A stretch of DNA of 64,000 nt from NCBI RefSeq assembly GCF_947623445.1, contig NC_135248.1:2598977-2662976 (forward strand). Direction: 5' to 3'. Of the stretch, positions 11,215 through 25,441 are shown piece by piece. Position 1 is the first letter of the stretch. Each line of letters begins with the position of its first letter. The notes below the pieces were generated by a model. That model was not told the DNA's origin, did not search any database, and saw only the letters and a list, made by a program, of their open reading frames with translations. The stretch is from Clavelina lepadiformis (Eukaryota). Made by a program: the position numbers and the translations under genes.

Positions 11215-12018
11215 AGGTACCTGTACCGAATAAGATCCAGTCCCTAATAAGGCCCATTGCTCATATTTCGCAAACCCGTGCAAATAAATGAAAGATTTTG
11301 TCCCTACATAAAAACTAGTATAAATTCATGATGGTTTACCAGATTTCATCCTTGTCACGTGATCAACCGATTCGCTAGAGCACAACAAAAATTTGATATT
11401 TGCAGTTAAGATGGTTTTGTTAATTTAGAAAAAAAAGTAAGTGAGAATTTGGCCGGTTAAATGAACTGTTGTCAGCCGGCTGAAGTTTTCATGTAACAAC
11501 CAACTTAGTATTGAAAAGGATAATGCACTTTTTTTTGCAAAAATTTTTCTGATGATAAAAATGTGACATTTTTTTGGTGGATGCCACATGCGCCTAATAA
11601 GGCCCATACAAGATGCTTGGCTAATTGATGTCCAGACTTCAAGAGTGGTTCCAGTCATCAGTTGGCAAATTGTTGCAGTTACTTTGATGCGCCCAGTGGA
11701 ATCTTTTTAAATGTTTGTACAACTTAAAATGTGAAATTTCTAATAATGTTATATGTTGTCTATTACTTTGTTTTGAATCAAAATACTCACAAAATTGGTG
11801 GGCCTTATTAGGAGCCTATGCTCCTAATAAGGCCCATTTTTTGGAATTTTTAATTTCTTTATAAGAATTTTTTGGAGGGTTGTCAGGTAATGTGGTTTTA
11901 ATATGTTGTAGTCCTATACCCTCACTAATAGAATACGATTCTTCAGTCTATTCTCATTTATGGTTCTTGAGTTATTTTCAAAAAAGTGTTAGGTGGGCCT
12001 TATTCGGTACAGGTACCT
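11215..12018. mobile_element. Same MITE, U2 copy
   Basis: U1 coordinates + 8496. Confidence 0.8.
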
Positions 12019-12157
12019 TAATAGGACTATTTGTACCAAAAACCACGTCATAAGTGCCCGCAAAAATATCGTTTATGTTGTTTTTATTTTCAATGTTCAA
12101 CCTTAAGTCTATTTTCTAATAGATTAAGTCATTGTTCTGAAAAGTAATCACTAAGAC

Positions 12158-12410
12158 ATGATGATGATGATGCTTGTATGCTTCTTATTTGTCACCGCAT
12201 CACTTGTAAACGGACAAGATTACTTGACTTGCTTGAGAAACAGTGACGCATTTGCTGGTATCAACCCTCAAGACACAGTATCCAACATTCGGGGCCCGCC
12301 AGGTTACCCTGGTAAACGGGGAAGTCCAGGTGACAGGGGTCTACAAGGTGACAAAGGTTCCAAGGGTGAACCCGGATCATCCGACCGTGAAGAAATTAGA
12401 CGCTTAAGAG
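12158..12410 (+). CDS. collectin-like gene, exon 1 (U2, identical to U1)
   Basis: ORF 12158-12421 is identical to 3662-3925. Confidence 0.7.
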
Positions 12411-12569
12411 GTGTGCGTTAGATCATACACTGACGTAGTGAATTGAACTGTTTCAATTTTCTCCTGATTTTATTTGCAATACATTATGTGGTCATACTTG
12501 TAAGCTTTCAAAAATCATGTGACAATTTTGTTAGTTATGAATGTTTTATGCAGCTGATTTGCTTTTCAG

Positions 12570-12635
12570 AAACCCAAGCTCTTATAAATATCGCCATAAG
12601 ACCACTTCAGGACAAAATATCACGCCTGTGTCAAG
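12570..12635 (+). CDS. collectin-like gene, exon 2 (U2)
   Basis: U1 coordinates + 8496; identical sequence. Confidence 0.55.
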
Positions 12636-12736
12636 GTTTGGTGCCGTTGTTAATAATAATGTTTTCTTTGATATGATCTTATCGAGTTTTTAGATTTGTT
12701 AAAAAATAACCTGACTTTTTTCATCCTATCAGAAGT

Positions 12737-13925
12737 GGTATACCGACACTTAATCACGCGACACTTAATCACTCGACACTTAATCACCGACACATAATCA
12801 CTAGAACATTTAATCACGCGACACATAATCACTTGGATGCGACAGCACTTGGACAGCGCCTTTGTCTATACTCTATAGCCTGTCTATACCGTCTTTGTTC
12901 TTTCAACTGTACACAGTACATTTTGAACTTGTTCCCGGTCTTATTTCTGCAGCAGTTTACTGCCTCGTTCAAAATAAAACGCGAGCAACCTACGATCGCT
13001 TCCTTGATGCAATTAAAACAATGATCCCCACTGCTGCACCGGAATGCGTTTTGCTCGATTTTGAGACTGCCGCAGTAAGTGCTTTCCGCACAGCATTTCC
13101 TACTGCAAATGTTAGGAGTTGTTATTTTCACCTTACACAAAGCGTCCTGCGCAAAGTTAATGAAATTGGCATGAAATGTGACTACGAGTCTGATGAGTGA
13201 TGACGAATTAAGAACAGCTGATAGGTGTTTACCAGCCTTAGCCATGGTCCCTTCCTCTGACGTAGTCGAGTCATTTCTGATCTTAGCTGATAGCATGCCC
13301 GATCACGAGAAGATGCCTGAGCTGCTTTCGTATTTCGAACACACATATATCAGAGGCAGACGACATCCGGGACGTGGTGAAAATTACGGCTCAGCCATCT
13401 TTCCAATCGAAAGTTGGAATCATTACGAAGCCGGGGCAGGTTGCATTGCAAGAACCACAAATGCAGTCGAAGGTTGGCATTTTGGTCTCGAAGTGCTTTT
13501 TCAATGCCACCACCCGACATTGTGGACTTTCATACAGGGAATTGAAAAAGACATTCAAATGCAACGTGCAAAGTTTCTGCAAGGAATTGCTGGTACTCAA
13601 CCTTCTATTCCAATACGGTACAAGGCACTGAAACTGCGCGTGCAAAACACAGTTGACCGTTATCTGTCAAGAGATTTTAGTTTATCTTCGTGCAGTTGCT
13701 TACATTTCCCATGCATGACATTGTTACCGAGTGTGTACCGTAGCCTTATCTGCGCAAGCAATGTTTAATCATTTTAACAAGTTCTTTTCAGGTTTATATT
13801 TGTTTTTTCGTGTGTAGACATGCAATTTTCGATACTGTAAATGTGTGATTAAATGTCCGAGTGATTAGGCCTATGTGTCGGTGATTAAGTGTCGCGTGAT
13901 TAAGTGTCACCAAACCATCAGAAGT
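12737..13925 (+). mobile_element. MULE-like element, U2 copy
   Basis: U1 coordinates + 8496; identical ORFs 12862-13200 and 13178-13768. Confidence 0.6.
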
Positions 13926-14500
13926 AATATCGCCATAAGACCACTTCAGGACAAAATATCACGCCTGTGCCAAGGTTTGATGCCGTTGTTAATAATGATG
14001 TTTCTTTGATATGATCTTATCGAGTTATTAGATTTGTTAAAAAAGAACCCCACTTTTTTCATCCTATCAGAAGTAACGCCATGCGAGCAAAGTTGTTTTG
14101 TTTGACTGTGTTTTCGCTGTTTTCTGCGCACGTACGAAAATTCTCCTGCTGGTCGGCTACATTCTGCCCTTTCACGCTTTAGATTTAAATTCATTTAAAA
14201 TAAATTCAACAGGATGTTATGAAAGCCATTATAACTGGCGTTGAAAAGTACGTAGTTCAGACCGAAAATGCTAGTTCTTGACTATCCCTTGGAAGCTTGT
14301 AGTATCAACCATGCTCAGAAATCAGGAACGTATCTGAAAGTCTTTAGTCGGCCTATACTAAGCTAATAAAAAATTGAAAATTTGTTATTTAACTCGTTTC
14401 TTCTTTGTACTTCTTCCTAAATGATATACTATGCTTATCAATGCTGACACTGGCAGTTTCTTATTGGATTAATTACTTTTTACAACTACTTCTTTCCAAG

Positions 14501-14648
14501 TTGCTGAAAGTGGTTGGTATACGCCGTTTAACGGATATCAATATCGCCTTACTGAAACTGAACAAAACTGGCAAGAAAGTCGACGTTTGTGCCAAGCAAT
14601 GGGCGGTGATCTGGCCGCTGTTGGAATGAGGAACGTCGTCATTCGAAG
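14501..14648 (+). CDS. collectin-like gene, exon 3 (U2)
   Basis: U1 coordinates + 8496; identical sequence. Confidence 0.7.
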
Positions 14649-14756
14649 GTTAGAAGTGGAATAAAACTGTCACATAAATGAAATATTACCACAACCACGT
14701 CCAGAAATGTGCATCACTGTAATGGCAGAAGACAACGAAGTAACGTTTTTTTGCAG

Positions 14757-15021
14757 GAAACTTCTCACCGAAGTATTTAAATTTGTCCAAAATGTGTGGA
14801 TAGGACTGAATGACATTTCCCGAGAAGGACAGTGGATGTGGATAGACGGTGTACAAGCGGCTGAAGGAAACGTCAACTGGTTAGCTGGTGAACCAAACAA
14901 TTCAGGAGATGAAGATTGTGCTGTGGTGAATGTGCCTGGCCACAACGGTGCAGTCGATTATCCATGTTCCTGGACCAAAATCGCTTTATGTGAAAAAATT
15001 GTCACAGACACTTGTCAGTAA
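14757..15021 (+). CDS. collectin-like gene, exon 4 (U2)
   Basis: ORF 14707-15021 is identical to 6211-6525. Confidence 0.75.
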
Positions 15022-18000
15022 GAGTTTGTGCAAAACTTGTGTCGTCTGCTTTTGATTGCAAAATTCCGTTTGCTGTCATCCATCTGAGTATTACGTCATT
15101 ACGTATAATCTTCCAGTGAACGCTTTAAAAACACGGATAAACTTGTAAAAATAAAACTATAAATAAACTACCTAACACGAAGCAGAGGTGATTAATAGCA
15201 GAATGCACGTAAAACATTTTATTCGACTCTGTTTAACTTGCATGTATGTTTTCTACGACGTCCTGCATTCATCAGCAGCGTTAAAGTTGGAATGATGTAA
15301 ATAACGGAAATTAATCAATAAACAACAACAACAATGTTTTAACAAGATAAAGAATATCATTGCTTCTCAGCCGGTGAGTCGCAAAGCTTTTTCAGGTGGG
15401 CCACGTAGATTGCTGAAATGTTTCTTTGCAAAACTGCAATATCTGTACCGCAAATGGGCGCCACCCACCGGCGGACCCAGCAACAACTAATATTGCACAC
15501 AAAAAAAGACAATTGAAGTATGGACAAGTGTTCAGTCGAGTCGTTGCAGTGAACGATAGCGTAATACGCGGACTAATTTGAATGCTGCAGACCCAACGGT
15601 TCATAAGATTTCACCTACGCATGAAATTGCAGAGATGATTGCAAAATTAACATGAGGTATCATATAAGTATATAATCGTTTTCCCTCAATGCCAACACAG
15701 TTACAACAAAAACAAAAAAAGAAAATAAGCATTAATGCTGGTTATGCAAAAGCACATGACGAAGGTGTTAAACTGCTTACTTATCAATAATGCAATTCTT
15801 TGGGTTGATTTGAACGGTATGACTTCGCTTTACATGTATATTTACTACAGAAATGGCTGCAAGAACAAGAGTTATAATGATGCAACACTGCCCAATAAAT
15901 GCGATCGTAAACATACACCGCAAAGTTAAGATTATTATCATTCCCATAATTTTGTGTGTCATTGTAAACGCTGTACTATTATTTGGTTCAAAAGTAGTGG
16001 ATGGTTGTTGTTTTGCACCGACTGGTAATAGGATCGCGGGTTGTTAATACGTCAACAGTAGCAATCGTACACAACAACGCAAGGCTTGAAAGGGAACATT
16101 GTGAAAGCCGTTTAGAAAAAGGTACAATGTGCTTTGTCCTAAGGTGCAAATCGATTTTTTCCAGAAAACAAAGTAAGTCCTACAGGACAAAAAGCCAAAC
16201 TTCGTTATTTCAGTTTGTTTCATTTCAAAGAACGCTATTGAGACTAAAAACTCTGATACTGACAGTGAACGGTTTATCAGCTTACAGAAACAGTGTAGTT
16301 TGAAAAGTTTTCATGCGTGAAATTTGAGAAAACATTTTGCAACATGTTAATTGATTGAAGATCCTGAAAAGTATAGAAAATTAATTAAGATTAAAGATAA
16401 CAAAAATGTAAAAGTAAAACAGCAAGAAAAATGATGACAAGTTGAGGGAAAATCATTTGTTTACTACGCGACTGGTTACAGTTTTCGTGAATCGGTCACC
16501 GACATTTTGCCGTCACACAACACACAAAATTTAAAACCAAAGCTCAGTTAGTGTTATCATAAATACATAAGTAGCCTTTACACAATACACATAAAAACAA
16601 ATATACACAGTATATATATATATATATATATATATATACTGTGTAATGTGTATATAAACTACCCGCAATTTGTCTTAACATTTTGTGTGTTATGCAAAGT
16701 GTAGTCGGTTGTGAAATAAATGGTAAGAAAAAAACGAACCGTAGCAGATATGACAGATAAATAAGCGCGTTGGTAGATCTCGTTATTTTAGAATGAGAGG
16801 CAAGTGCCGTAATAAGTTAACTTGAAAGTAATAAAAGGCTTTGTGTAAGTTCACTTGAAAATTTATGTTCATGAGTATTTATAAGAACCAAGCATTTAGC
16901 TCCAAAAGTCTGCCGCAAAATGTCGCAAATTTACCACTCACTGTAAACTGGGTGTTGAGAATTTTGACGCTTCAATGTAAAATCGACTTGCATGCCCAAC
17001 TCCGAATGAAGTATGGATTGTTGGGTACTCAATAGTACATCATGTGTATAGACAGCACGGATCAATATATTTTGTTCCTTTTTCTTCTGCTCTCCCAAAC
17101 CCACAGTAACCTCCCATCAGGAGAATCCAGAAGTCTAAACCATAGGTCGGCAACCAGCGGCTCTTTCATCTCTGTGCTCTGGTTCCCGCCACTCAGAGCC
17201 AATGAGCTGATTTAGGAAAACTTAATGTGATTAGCTAATGGTGGTTATTAGTGTCACGATGTAATAACTTAATGCGTTTGTCTGATTATTATTCAGATTG
17301 TTTTATGGTGATGTGGAAAATCTTATATAAACACTACCCAGTGGTTTTCGCGGGCATACAACGCATGACTGCTTGCCACTCACGTGATCCTAAGTTTGTT
17401 TTTGTTCGAGGTCGCATGACTTGGATATTGGTCTTTGTTTGATGACTCTGCGGATGTTCATCGTTGTAGTGAGAATTTTGTGAGGTTAACTACTGAAGTT
17501 TTTACGTCTAACTGTAAAGCATTGGTTCGAATTATACATATAGCGTTAGGTTTTTTGTTTTAAGTATCCAATTAGGTGTTGTGGATCTGAGTAGGCTTTA
17601 GTTTGGCGGAAACGAAACCAAATGGCTCTTTCAATGCTAAAGGTTGCCGACCCGTGACTAAACAATTCGCGTTTGACCACATTTTCTACTTTGTTCTCCG
17701 GGATACCCAGATTACTCACCTAAAGTAATTCATGGTCGAACCGTTGATATTTTACCGCTTGGTATAGCAAGCATGACTTGTTTTGCAAGTTTTTTTAGGC
17801 ATTCTGGTGACTTCATCATACCATCCTAGTTAGTAATGTGACGGTTACGTCACGAGTCACGAGTTGTTTTCGAAATGCTGGAGTTTTATTTTGGCATCTT
17901 GCAATTCAGTTGTTGATCGGACTTGAATTCTCTTCTAATGACGTTCAGATAAATTACCTCGCTTGATCTGGTGTGCCATATATATACTGTTGTCATGTTT

Positions 18001-19856
18001 GCAATTATTCCTTTACGTATCGATTTCACTGGTTACTACTGCGCAATGTAACATTCAGTCAGCTTTGCCCGAAGGTGAAAGCCTTTGTGTCTAATAATAA
18101 ATAAAAATGGGAACTTTATCATTTAGTAATATGCATAGACAGAATTTAAGCAACTAACAGCATAGTCACGCCGTTTGAGAAATGAGAACTCATATCGTTG
18201 AAGAAGAAGTAAAACAAGTTATTACCATCAACCGTCCTCGCTCATACTATAGTAATAGTCGTCAGTGTACGCGGTCTTTATGGCGAATATGTTTGTTGTG
18301 TAATACTTCACACAAGTAATACAGCAACGAAAATACTTATTTGTCATAGGAAATCGCAATTTGAAGAAGTAAGGGTAAGTTAAGGGCTTTAATTTTTAGA
18401 GAATGGCGTATTGCAGTGTTGTTCTATTCATCTGGTATAAGTTATACCATGAACACTTTTTAGAAATTCTGATTCTGAAACATCCACTTTCAAGCGCAAT
18501 TTATTGGTAAATGTCCAAGCTTCATGACCATAGATGGAAATTGGAAGAAAAACTGATTTAAAAAATGAGAGCTTAGCGGATATTAGAAAGGCCTCGCTTG
18601 TTGAAGTTCACGTATGACTGCACTTGCTTTTAAATTCAATCTTTGGTCGATCATGAGTTGCGTTACCAGGCGTTTGACTCCCACCTGCTTCGGTGTTTCT
18701 CCGCAGACTTGAAAAGAAAACCAATGAAAACCGAGTAAGGGTTTCAAGAGATTAAATTCCTCGGTTTTCTTTACGATTATTTTTATCTCGAAATGAACAA
18801 TCGCAAATAAACAAAGATCTCTGGCAACCACATTCACAGTGGACGGTGACTTACGACTGTTTAGTGTTTATTTTTCAAACGGAAACAACTCTTAGAACGT
18901 TTGTACCGCAGTTTAATGGCCACTATAATACTATTTAATGGCTGCTATCAATATCATACTTGTGCAACGCTCTCCAGAGTTAAATTCGAAGCACTCAATG
19001 CTACGTTTTTTTAGGATCAGAAAAGCATACGTAGCCATTTTTGCGTATTCCTAACAAGTTTGCAAATCTGGGAAAAAAATTCGTTAAGTGTAGAACATGT
19101 TGTCCAAAAATAGAATAAAAAGGCATTCGGTGTTAAAATTAGTAAACTTACCTACCCATGCATAACTAGGCCAGCACAGAACACGAAATCAAACAATAAT
19201 ATATGTAAGTTTAAACAGTGCATTAAACCTTTAATTTTAAATCCAATTTTCTAATTTCAACTTAGAAAAACGTCTGTTGGTTAAAATGTGATCATCAGGA
19301 TCAGCAAAAAAGAAAATAAAAGCAAATAAATGACTCAAAATTTATACATATCGAATATTATTACACAAATGAGTAACTTTTTGGTTACTAGTTACTGGAA
19401 TTTTTCGATTACTGTGTTATATATTAATTTGGTAAATAAGTTAATTAACTCATGACAGTGACGTCAGTACGTCTAAGCAAATTCACAGTACACTGGTAGT
19501 AGCCGCATAAGATATACGTCAGATTTATCTACCTGTCTCAGAGACATAATGTATTTGTTAAAGTCTTCGACCTTTTGAAATTGCTCCAGCGTAATACTTT
19601 AAATTATATTACTCGGCATTATATCGCTTGACAGAGTGGTCAAGTCTATATGCATTATAGTACTTATTTTTTAAATATTGCAATGCCTGTTTTTTAATGT
19701 TGCAGTTTAAACAATAGGACTATTTATACAAAAAACAACGTCATAAGTGCCCGTGAAAATATCGTTTATGTTGTTTTTATTTTCAATGTTCAACCTTACG
19801 CCTATTTTCTTATAGATTAAGTCTTTGTTCTGAAAAGTAAACACTAAGACAAAATA

Positions 19857-20103
19857 ATGATGATGCTTGTATGCTTCTTATTTGTCACTGCATCACTTGT
19901 AAACGGACAAGATTACTTGACTTGCTTGAGAAACAGTGACGCATTTGCTGGTATCAACCCCCAAGACACAGCATCCAACATTCGGGGCCCGCCAGGTTAC
20001 CCTGGTAAACGTGGAAGTCCCGGTGACAGGGGTCTACAAGGTGACAAAGGATCCAAAGCTGAACCCGGATCATCCGACCGTGAAGAAATTAGACGCTTAA
20101 GAG
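19857..20103 (+). CDS. collectin-like gene, exon 1 (U3)
   Basis: ORF 19857-20114 encodes MMMLVCF... and a collagen region GSK-AEP-GSS, where one Gly is replaced by Ala and interrupts the Gly-X-Y run. Donor AG|GTATGC. Confidence 0.65.
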
Positions 20104-20261
20104 GTATGCTTTAGATCACACACTGACGTAGTGAATTGAACTGTTTCAATTTTCTCCTGATTTTATCTGCAATACATTATTTGGTCATAAATGAAAGCTT
20201 TCAAAAATCATGTGACAATTTTGTTTGTTGTTAATATTTTTTGCAGCTGATTTGCTGTCAG

Positions 20262-20327
20262 AAACCCAAGCTCTTATAAATGACGCCATAAGACCACTTC
20301 AGGACAAAATATCACGCCTGTGTCAAG
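20262..20327 (+). CDS. collectin-like gene, exon 2 (U3)
   Basis: Acceptor tgtcag|, 66 nt, encoding ETQALINDAIRPLQDKISRLCQ. Confidence 0.55.
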
Positions 20328-20953
20328 GTTTGGTGACGTTGTTAATAATAAAGTTTTTTTGATATGATCTTATCGAGTTATTAGATTTGTTAAAAAAGAA
20401 CCCCACTTTTTTCATCCTATCAGAAGTAACGCCATGCCGGCAAAGTTGTTTTGTTTGACTGTGTTTTCGCTGTTTTCTGCGCACGTACTAAAATTCTCCA
20501 GCTGGTCGGCTACATTCTGCCCTTTCACGCTTTAGATTACAACCTGTCATGGGCATTCAGTTTATTTTTGTTTTACGTAAAATGATAAAATGCATTGAAC
20601 AAAGATGTCGTTCTATCAAAGAATTGGTAATATTAATTAGGCCGAAATAACCAAGAAAGTTCAACAGGATGTTATGAAAGCTATTATAACTGGCGTTGAA
20701 ACGTACGTAGTTCAGACCGAAAATGCTAGTTCTTGACTATATATCCCTTGGAAGCTTGTAGTATCAACTATGCTCAGAAATCAGGAAAGTTTCTGAAAGC
20801 CTTTAGTCGCCCTATACTAAGCTAATAAAACATTGAAAATTTGTAATTTAATTTATTTTTTACTTCTTCCTAAATTATAAACTACGCTTATCAATGTTGA
20901 CATTGGTAGTTTCTTATTGGACTAATTACTTTTTAAAGCTGCTTCTTCCCAAG

Positions 20954-21101
20954 TTGCTGAAAGTGGTTGGTATACGCCGTCTAACGGATATCAATATCGC
21001 CTTACTGAAACTCAACAAAACTGGCAAGAAAGTCGACGTTTGTGCCAAGCAATGGGCGGTGATCTGGCCGCTGTTGGAATGAGGAATGTCGCCATTGAAA
21101 G
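20954..21101 (+). CDS. collectin-like gene, exon 3 (U3)
   Basis: Anchored to ORF 20894-21082. 148 nt, CTLD N-half intact. Confidence 0.65.
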
Positions 21102-21209
21102 GTTAGAAATTGAATAAAAATGTCACATAAATGAAAAATTACCACAACCACGGCCAGAAATGTGCATCACTGTAATGGCAGGAGACAACGAGGTAACGTT
21201 TTTTTGCAG

Positions 21210-21474
21210 GAAACTTCTCACCGAAGTAATTAAATCTGTCCGAAATGTGTGGATAGGACTGAATGACATTTCTCGAGAAGGACAGTGGATGTGGATAGAT
21301 GATGTACGAGCGGCTGAAGGAAACGTCAACTGGTCAGCTGGTGAACCAAACAATTTTGGAAATGAAGATTGTGCTGTGGTGAATCGGCCTAGCTACAACG
21401 GTGCAGTCGATGTTCCGTGTTCCTTGACCAAATTCGCTTTATGTGAAAAAATTATCACAGATAATTGTCAGTAA
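21210..21474 (+). CDS. collectin-like gene, exon 4 (U3)
   Basis: ORF 21160-21474 encodes ...WIGLNDISREGQWMWIDDVRAAEGNVNWSAGEPNNFGNEDCAVVN...CEKIITDNCQ*. Confidence 0.7.
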
Positions 21475-24251
21475 GAGTTTGTGCAAAACTTGTGTCGTCT
21501 GTTTTTGATTGCAAAATTACGTGTGTTGTCATCCTTCTCCGTCTTACGTCATGACGTATAACCTTCTCAGTCTTACGTCATGACTCTGTTTAACTTGCAT
21601 GAATGTTTTCCACGACGTCCTGCAATCATCAGCAGCGTTAGAGTTAGAATGATTTAAAATACGGAAATTTATCAATAAACAACAACAATGTTTTAACAAG
21701 ATAAAAATTATCATTGCTTCACAGCCGGTGACTCGCGATGCTATTTCAGGTGGGCCACGTAGATTGCTGAAATGTTTCTTTGCAAAACTAGAATATCTGT
21801 ACCGCAAAGGGGCGCCACAAATCAGCGGACCCAGAAACAATTAAAATTGAACACAAACAAAGACAATTGAAGCATGGACAAGTGTACAGTTGAGTCATTG
21901 CAGTGAATGATAGCGTTATACGTGGACTAATTTGAATGCAACAGACCCAACGATTTATAAGAATTCACTTACGCATGAAGTTGCAGAGATGCTTGCAAAA
22001 TTAACGTGAGGTATCTTATAAGTATAAAATCATGTTCCCTCAATGCCAACACAGATACAAAAAAAAAACAATCAAACAAAAAAAAGCATTAATGCTGGTT
22101 ATGCAAAAGCACATGACGAAGGTGTTAAACCGCTCACTTATCAATAATGGTCATTTCTTTTCCATAATTCCATAATTCTTTAGGTTATTTTGAATGGTAC
22201 GACTTCTCTTTGCATGTATGTTTACTACAGAAATGGCTGCAAGAACAAGAGTTATAGTGATGCAACACTGCCAACAAAATTCCATCGTAAACATGCACCG
22301 CACAGTTAAGATTATTATCATTACCTTGAATTTGTGTGTCATTGTAAACGCTGTACTATTATTTGGTTCAAATGTAATGCATCGTTGTTGTTTTGCACCG
22401 ACTGGTACTAGGATCACGAGTTATTAATACTTCAACGGAAACAATCGTACACAACAACGCAAGGCTTGAAAGGGCACATTGCCAAAGCCGTTTAGAAAAA
22501 GGTAGAATGTGCTTTGTCCTAAGGTACAATTCGATTTTTTCCAGAAAACAGATAAGTCCTACAAGACAAAAAGGCAAACTTCGTTATTTCAGTTTGTTTC
22601 ATTTCAAAGAACGCTATTGAGACTAAAAACTCTCATACTGACAGTGAACGGTTTATCAGCTTACAGAAACAGTGTAGTTTGAAAGATATTCATGCGTGAA
22701 ATTCGAGAAAAAATTTTGCAACATGATAACTAATTGAAGATCTTGAAAGGTATAGAAAATTAATTAAGATTAAAGATAACAAAAATGTAAAAGTAAAACA
22801 GCAAGAAAACTGATGACAAGTTGAGGGAAAATCATTTGTTTTCTACGCGACTGGTTACAGTTTTCGTGAATCGATTACCGACTTTTTGCTTTCACATAAC
22901 ACACAAAATTTAAAACCAAAGCGCAATTAGTTTTATTATAAATACAAAAGTAGCTTTTATTCATAAAAACATATATACACGATGTAAATATATACTGTGT
23001 ATATAAACTAACTGTAATTTGTCTTAACATTTTGTGTGTTATGCAAAGTGTAGGCGGTAGTGAAATAAATGGTAAGAAAAAAACGAACCGTAGCAGATAT
23101 GACAGTTAAAAAAGCGCATTGGTATCTCTCGTTATTTTAGAAAGAGAGGCAAGTGCCATAATAAGTTAACTTGAAAGTAATAAAAAGCTTTTGGTAAGTT
23201 CACTTGAAAATTCATGTTCATGAGTATTTATAAGAACCAAGCATTTATCTCCAAAACTCACCGCAAAACGTCGCAAATTTACCGCTCACTGTAAGCTGGG
23301 TGTTGGGAATTTTGACGCTTCAATGTAAAATCGACTTGCATGCCCAACTCCGAATGAAGTATGGGTTGTTGGGTACTCAATAGTACATCATGTGCATAGA
23401 CAGCATGGATCAATATATTTTGTTCCTTTTTCTTCTGCTCTCCCAAACCCACAGTAACCTCCCATCAGGAGAATCCAGAAGTCTAAACCATAGGTCGGCA
23501 ACCCGCGGCTCTTTCATCTCTGTGCTCTGGCTCCCGCCACGCAGAGCCAATGAGCTGATTTAGGAAAACTTAATGTGAATAAATAATGGTGGTTATTAGT
23601 GTCACGATGTAATAACTTAATGCGTTTGTCTGATTATTATTCAGATTGTTTTATGCTGATGTGGAAAATCTTATATAAACACTACCCAGTGGTTTTCGCG
23701 GGCATACTACGCATGACTGCTTGTCACTCACGTGATCCTAAGTTTGTTTTTCGTTCGAGGTCGCATGTCTTGGATGTTGGTCTTTGTTTGGTGACTATGC
23801 GGATGTTCATCGTTGTAGTAAGAATTTTGTGAGGGTAACTACTGAAGTTTTACGTCTAACTGTAAAGCATTAGTTCGAATTACATATGTAGCGTTAGGTT
23901 TTTTGTTTGAAGTAGTCAATTAGGAGTTGTGGTTCAGAGTAGGTTTGAGTTTGGAGGAAACGAGACCAAATGGCTCTTTCAATGCTAAAGGTTGTCAACC
24001 CGTGGCTAAACAATTCGCTTTTGACCGCATTTGCCACTTTGTTCTCCGGGATACCCAGATTACTCAACTAAAGTTATTCATGGTCGAACCGTTGACATTT
24101 TACCGCTTGGTATAGCTAGGCTTATCATACGTTCCGTTTTAGCCGGGACAATCCCTGTCTTTAAGGCTTTGTCCCGGCGTCCCGGTCAGTCAACCAAAAA
24201 GTCCCGCTTTGGCATTTAGTCAGCCAGCATTGGCCCTACTCTACACGAATA

Positions 24252-25054
24252 AGGTACCTGTACCGAATAAGGTCCGGTCCCTAATAAGGCCCATTGCTCA
24301 TATTTCGCAAACCCGTGCAAATAAATGAAAGATTTTGTCCCTACATAAAAACTAATATAAATTCATGATGGTTTACCAGATTTCATCCTTGTCACGTGAT
24401 CAACCGATTCGCTAGAGCACAACAAAAATTTGATATTTGCAGTTAAGGTGATTTTGTTAATTTAGAAAAAAAGTAAGTGAGAATTTGGCCGGTTAAATGA
24501 ACTGCTGTCAGCCGGCTGAAGTTTTCATGTAACAACCAACTTAGTATTGAAAAGGATAATGCACTTTTTTTTGCTAAAATTTTTCTGATGATAAAAATGT
24601 GACAATTTTTTCGTGGATGCCACATGCGCCTAATAAGGCCCATACAAGATGCTTGGCTAATTGATGTCCAAACTTCAAGAGTGGTTCCAGTCATCAGTTG
24701 GCAAATTGTTGCAGTTACTTTGATGCGCCTAGTGGAATCTTTTTAAATGTTTGTACAACTTAAAATGTGAAATTTCTAATAATGTTATATGTTGTCTATT
24801 ACTATGTTTTGAATCAAAATACTCACAAAATTGGTGGGCCTTATTAGGAGCCTATGCTCCTAATAAGGCCCATTTATTGGAATTTTTAATTTCTTTATAA
24901 AAAATTTTTGGGGGGCTGTTAGGTATTGTGGTTTTAATATGTTGTAGTCATATACCCTCACTAATAGAATACGATTTTTCAGTCTATACTCATTTATGGT
25001 TCTTGAGTTATTTTCAAAAAAGTGTTAGGTGGGCCTTATTCGGTACAGGTACCT
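24252..25054. mobile_element. Third copy of the same MITE, at a non-orthologous site nested in the U4 insertion
   Basis: Same terminal inverted repeats and TA flanks (cgaaTA|AGGTACC ... GGTACCT|TAttagc). Confidence 0.75.
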
Positions 25055-25441
25055 TATTAGCATGCTGTGATTGATCTGTTTAGCCAACTTGCTGAAGAGT
25101 GATGCCTGATGCGTGTTCCTGTTTCTTTGTAATAAATGTGAAAGTAATTGATACGTTATTGTAGCGGCTAATTGGGCCAGTAGTGGGTTGATTGTGAGCG
25201 CTTTCGCTAATTCAGTAATAGTAGGTTAGTAGGAGGAGGTGTTCTTTTTGCAGCTAGGTTATTGAAAGAACTTATTTCGTACCGGTAGGCTACTTGTTTG
25301 CATTTCATGTGCAAAAATCATTTGAATGTGGAAGCCTTTATCACCTGCAAAATTAATACTGATTTTTCCTGGTGAGATTGTTTTGAGAACATAAAGTCGA
25401 ATAAAGACTTCTTGAAGAAAGTATTGTCTACAGAAAAGTAT

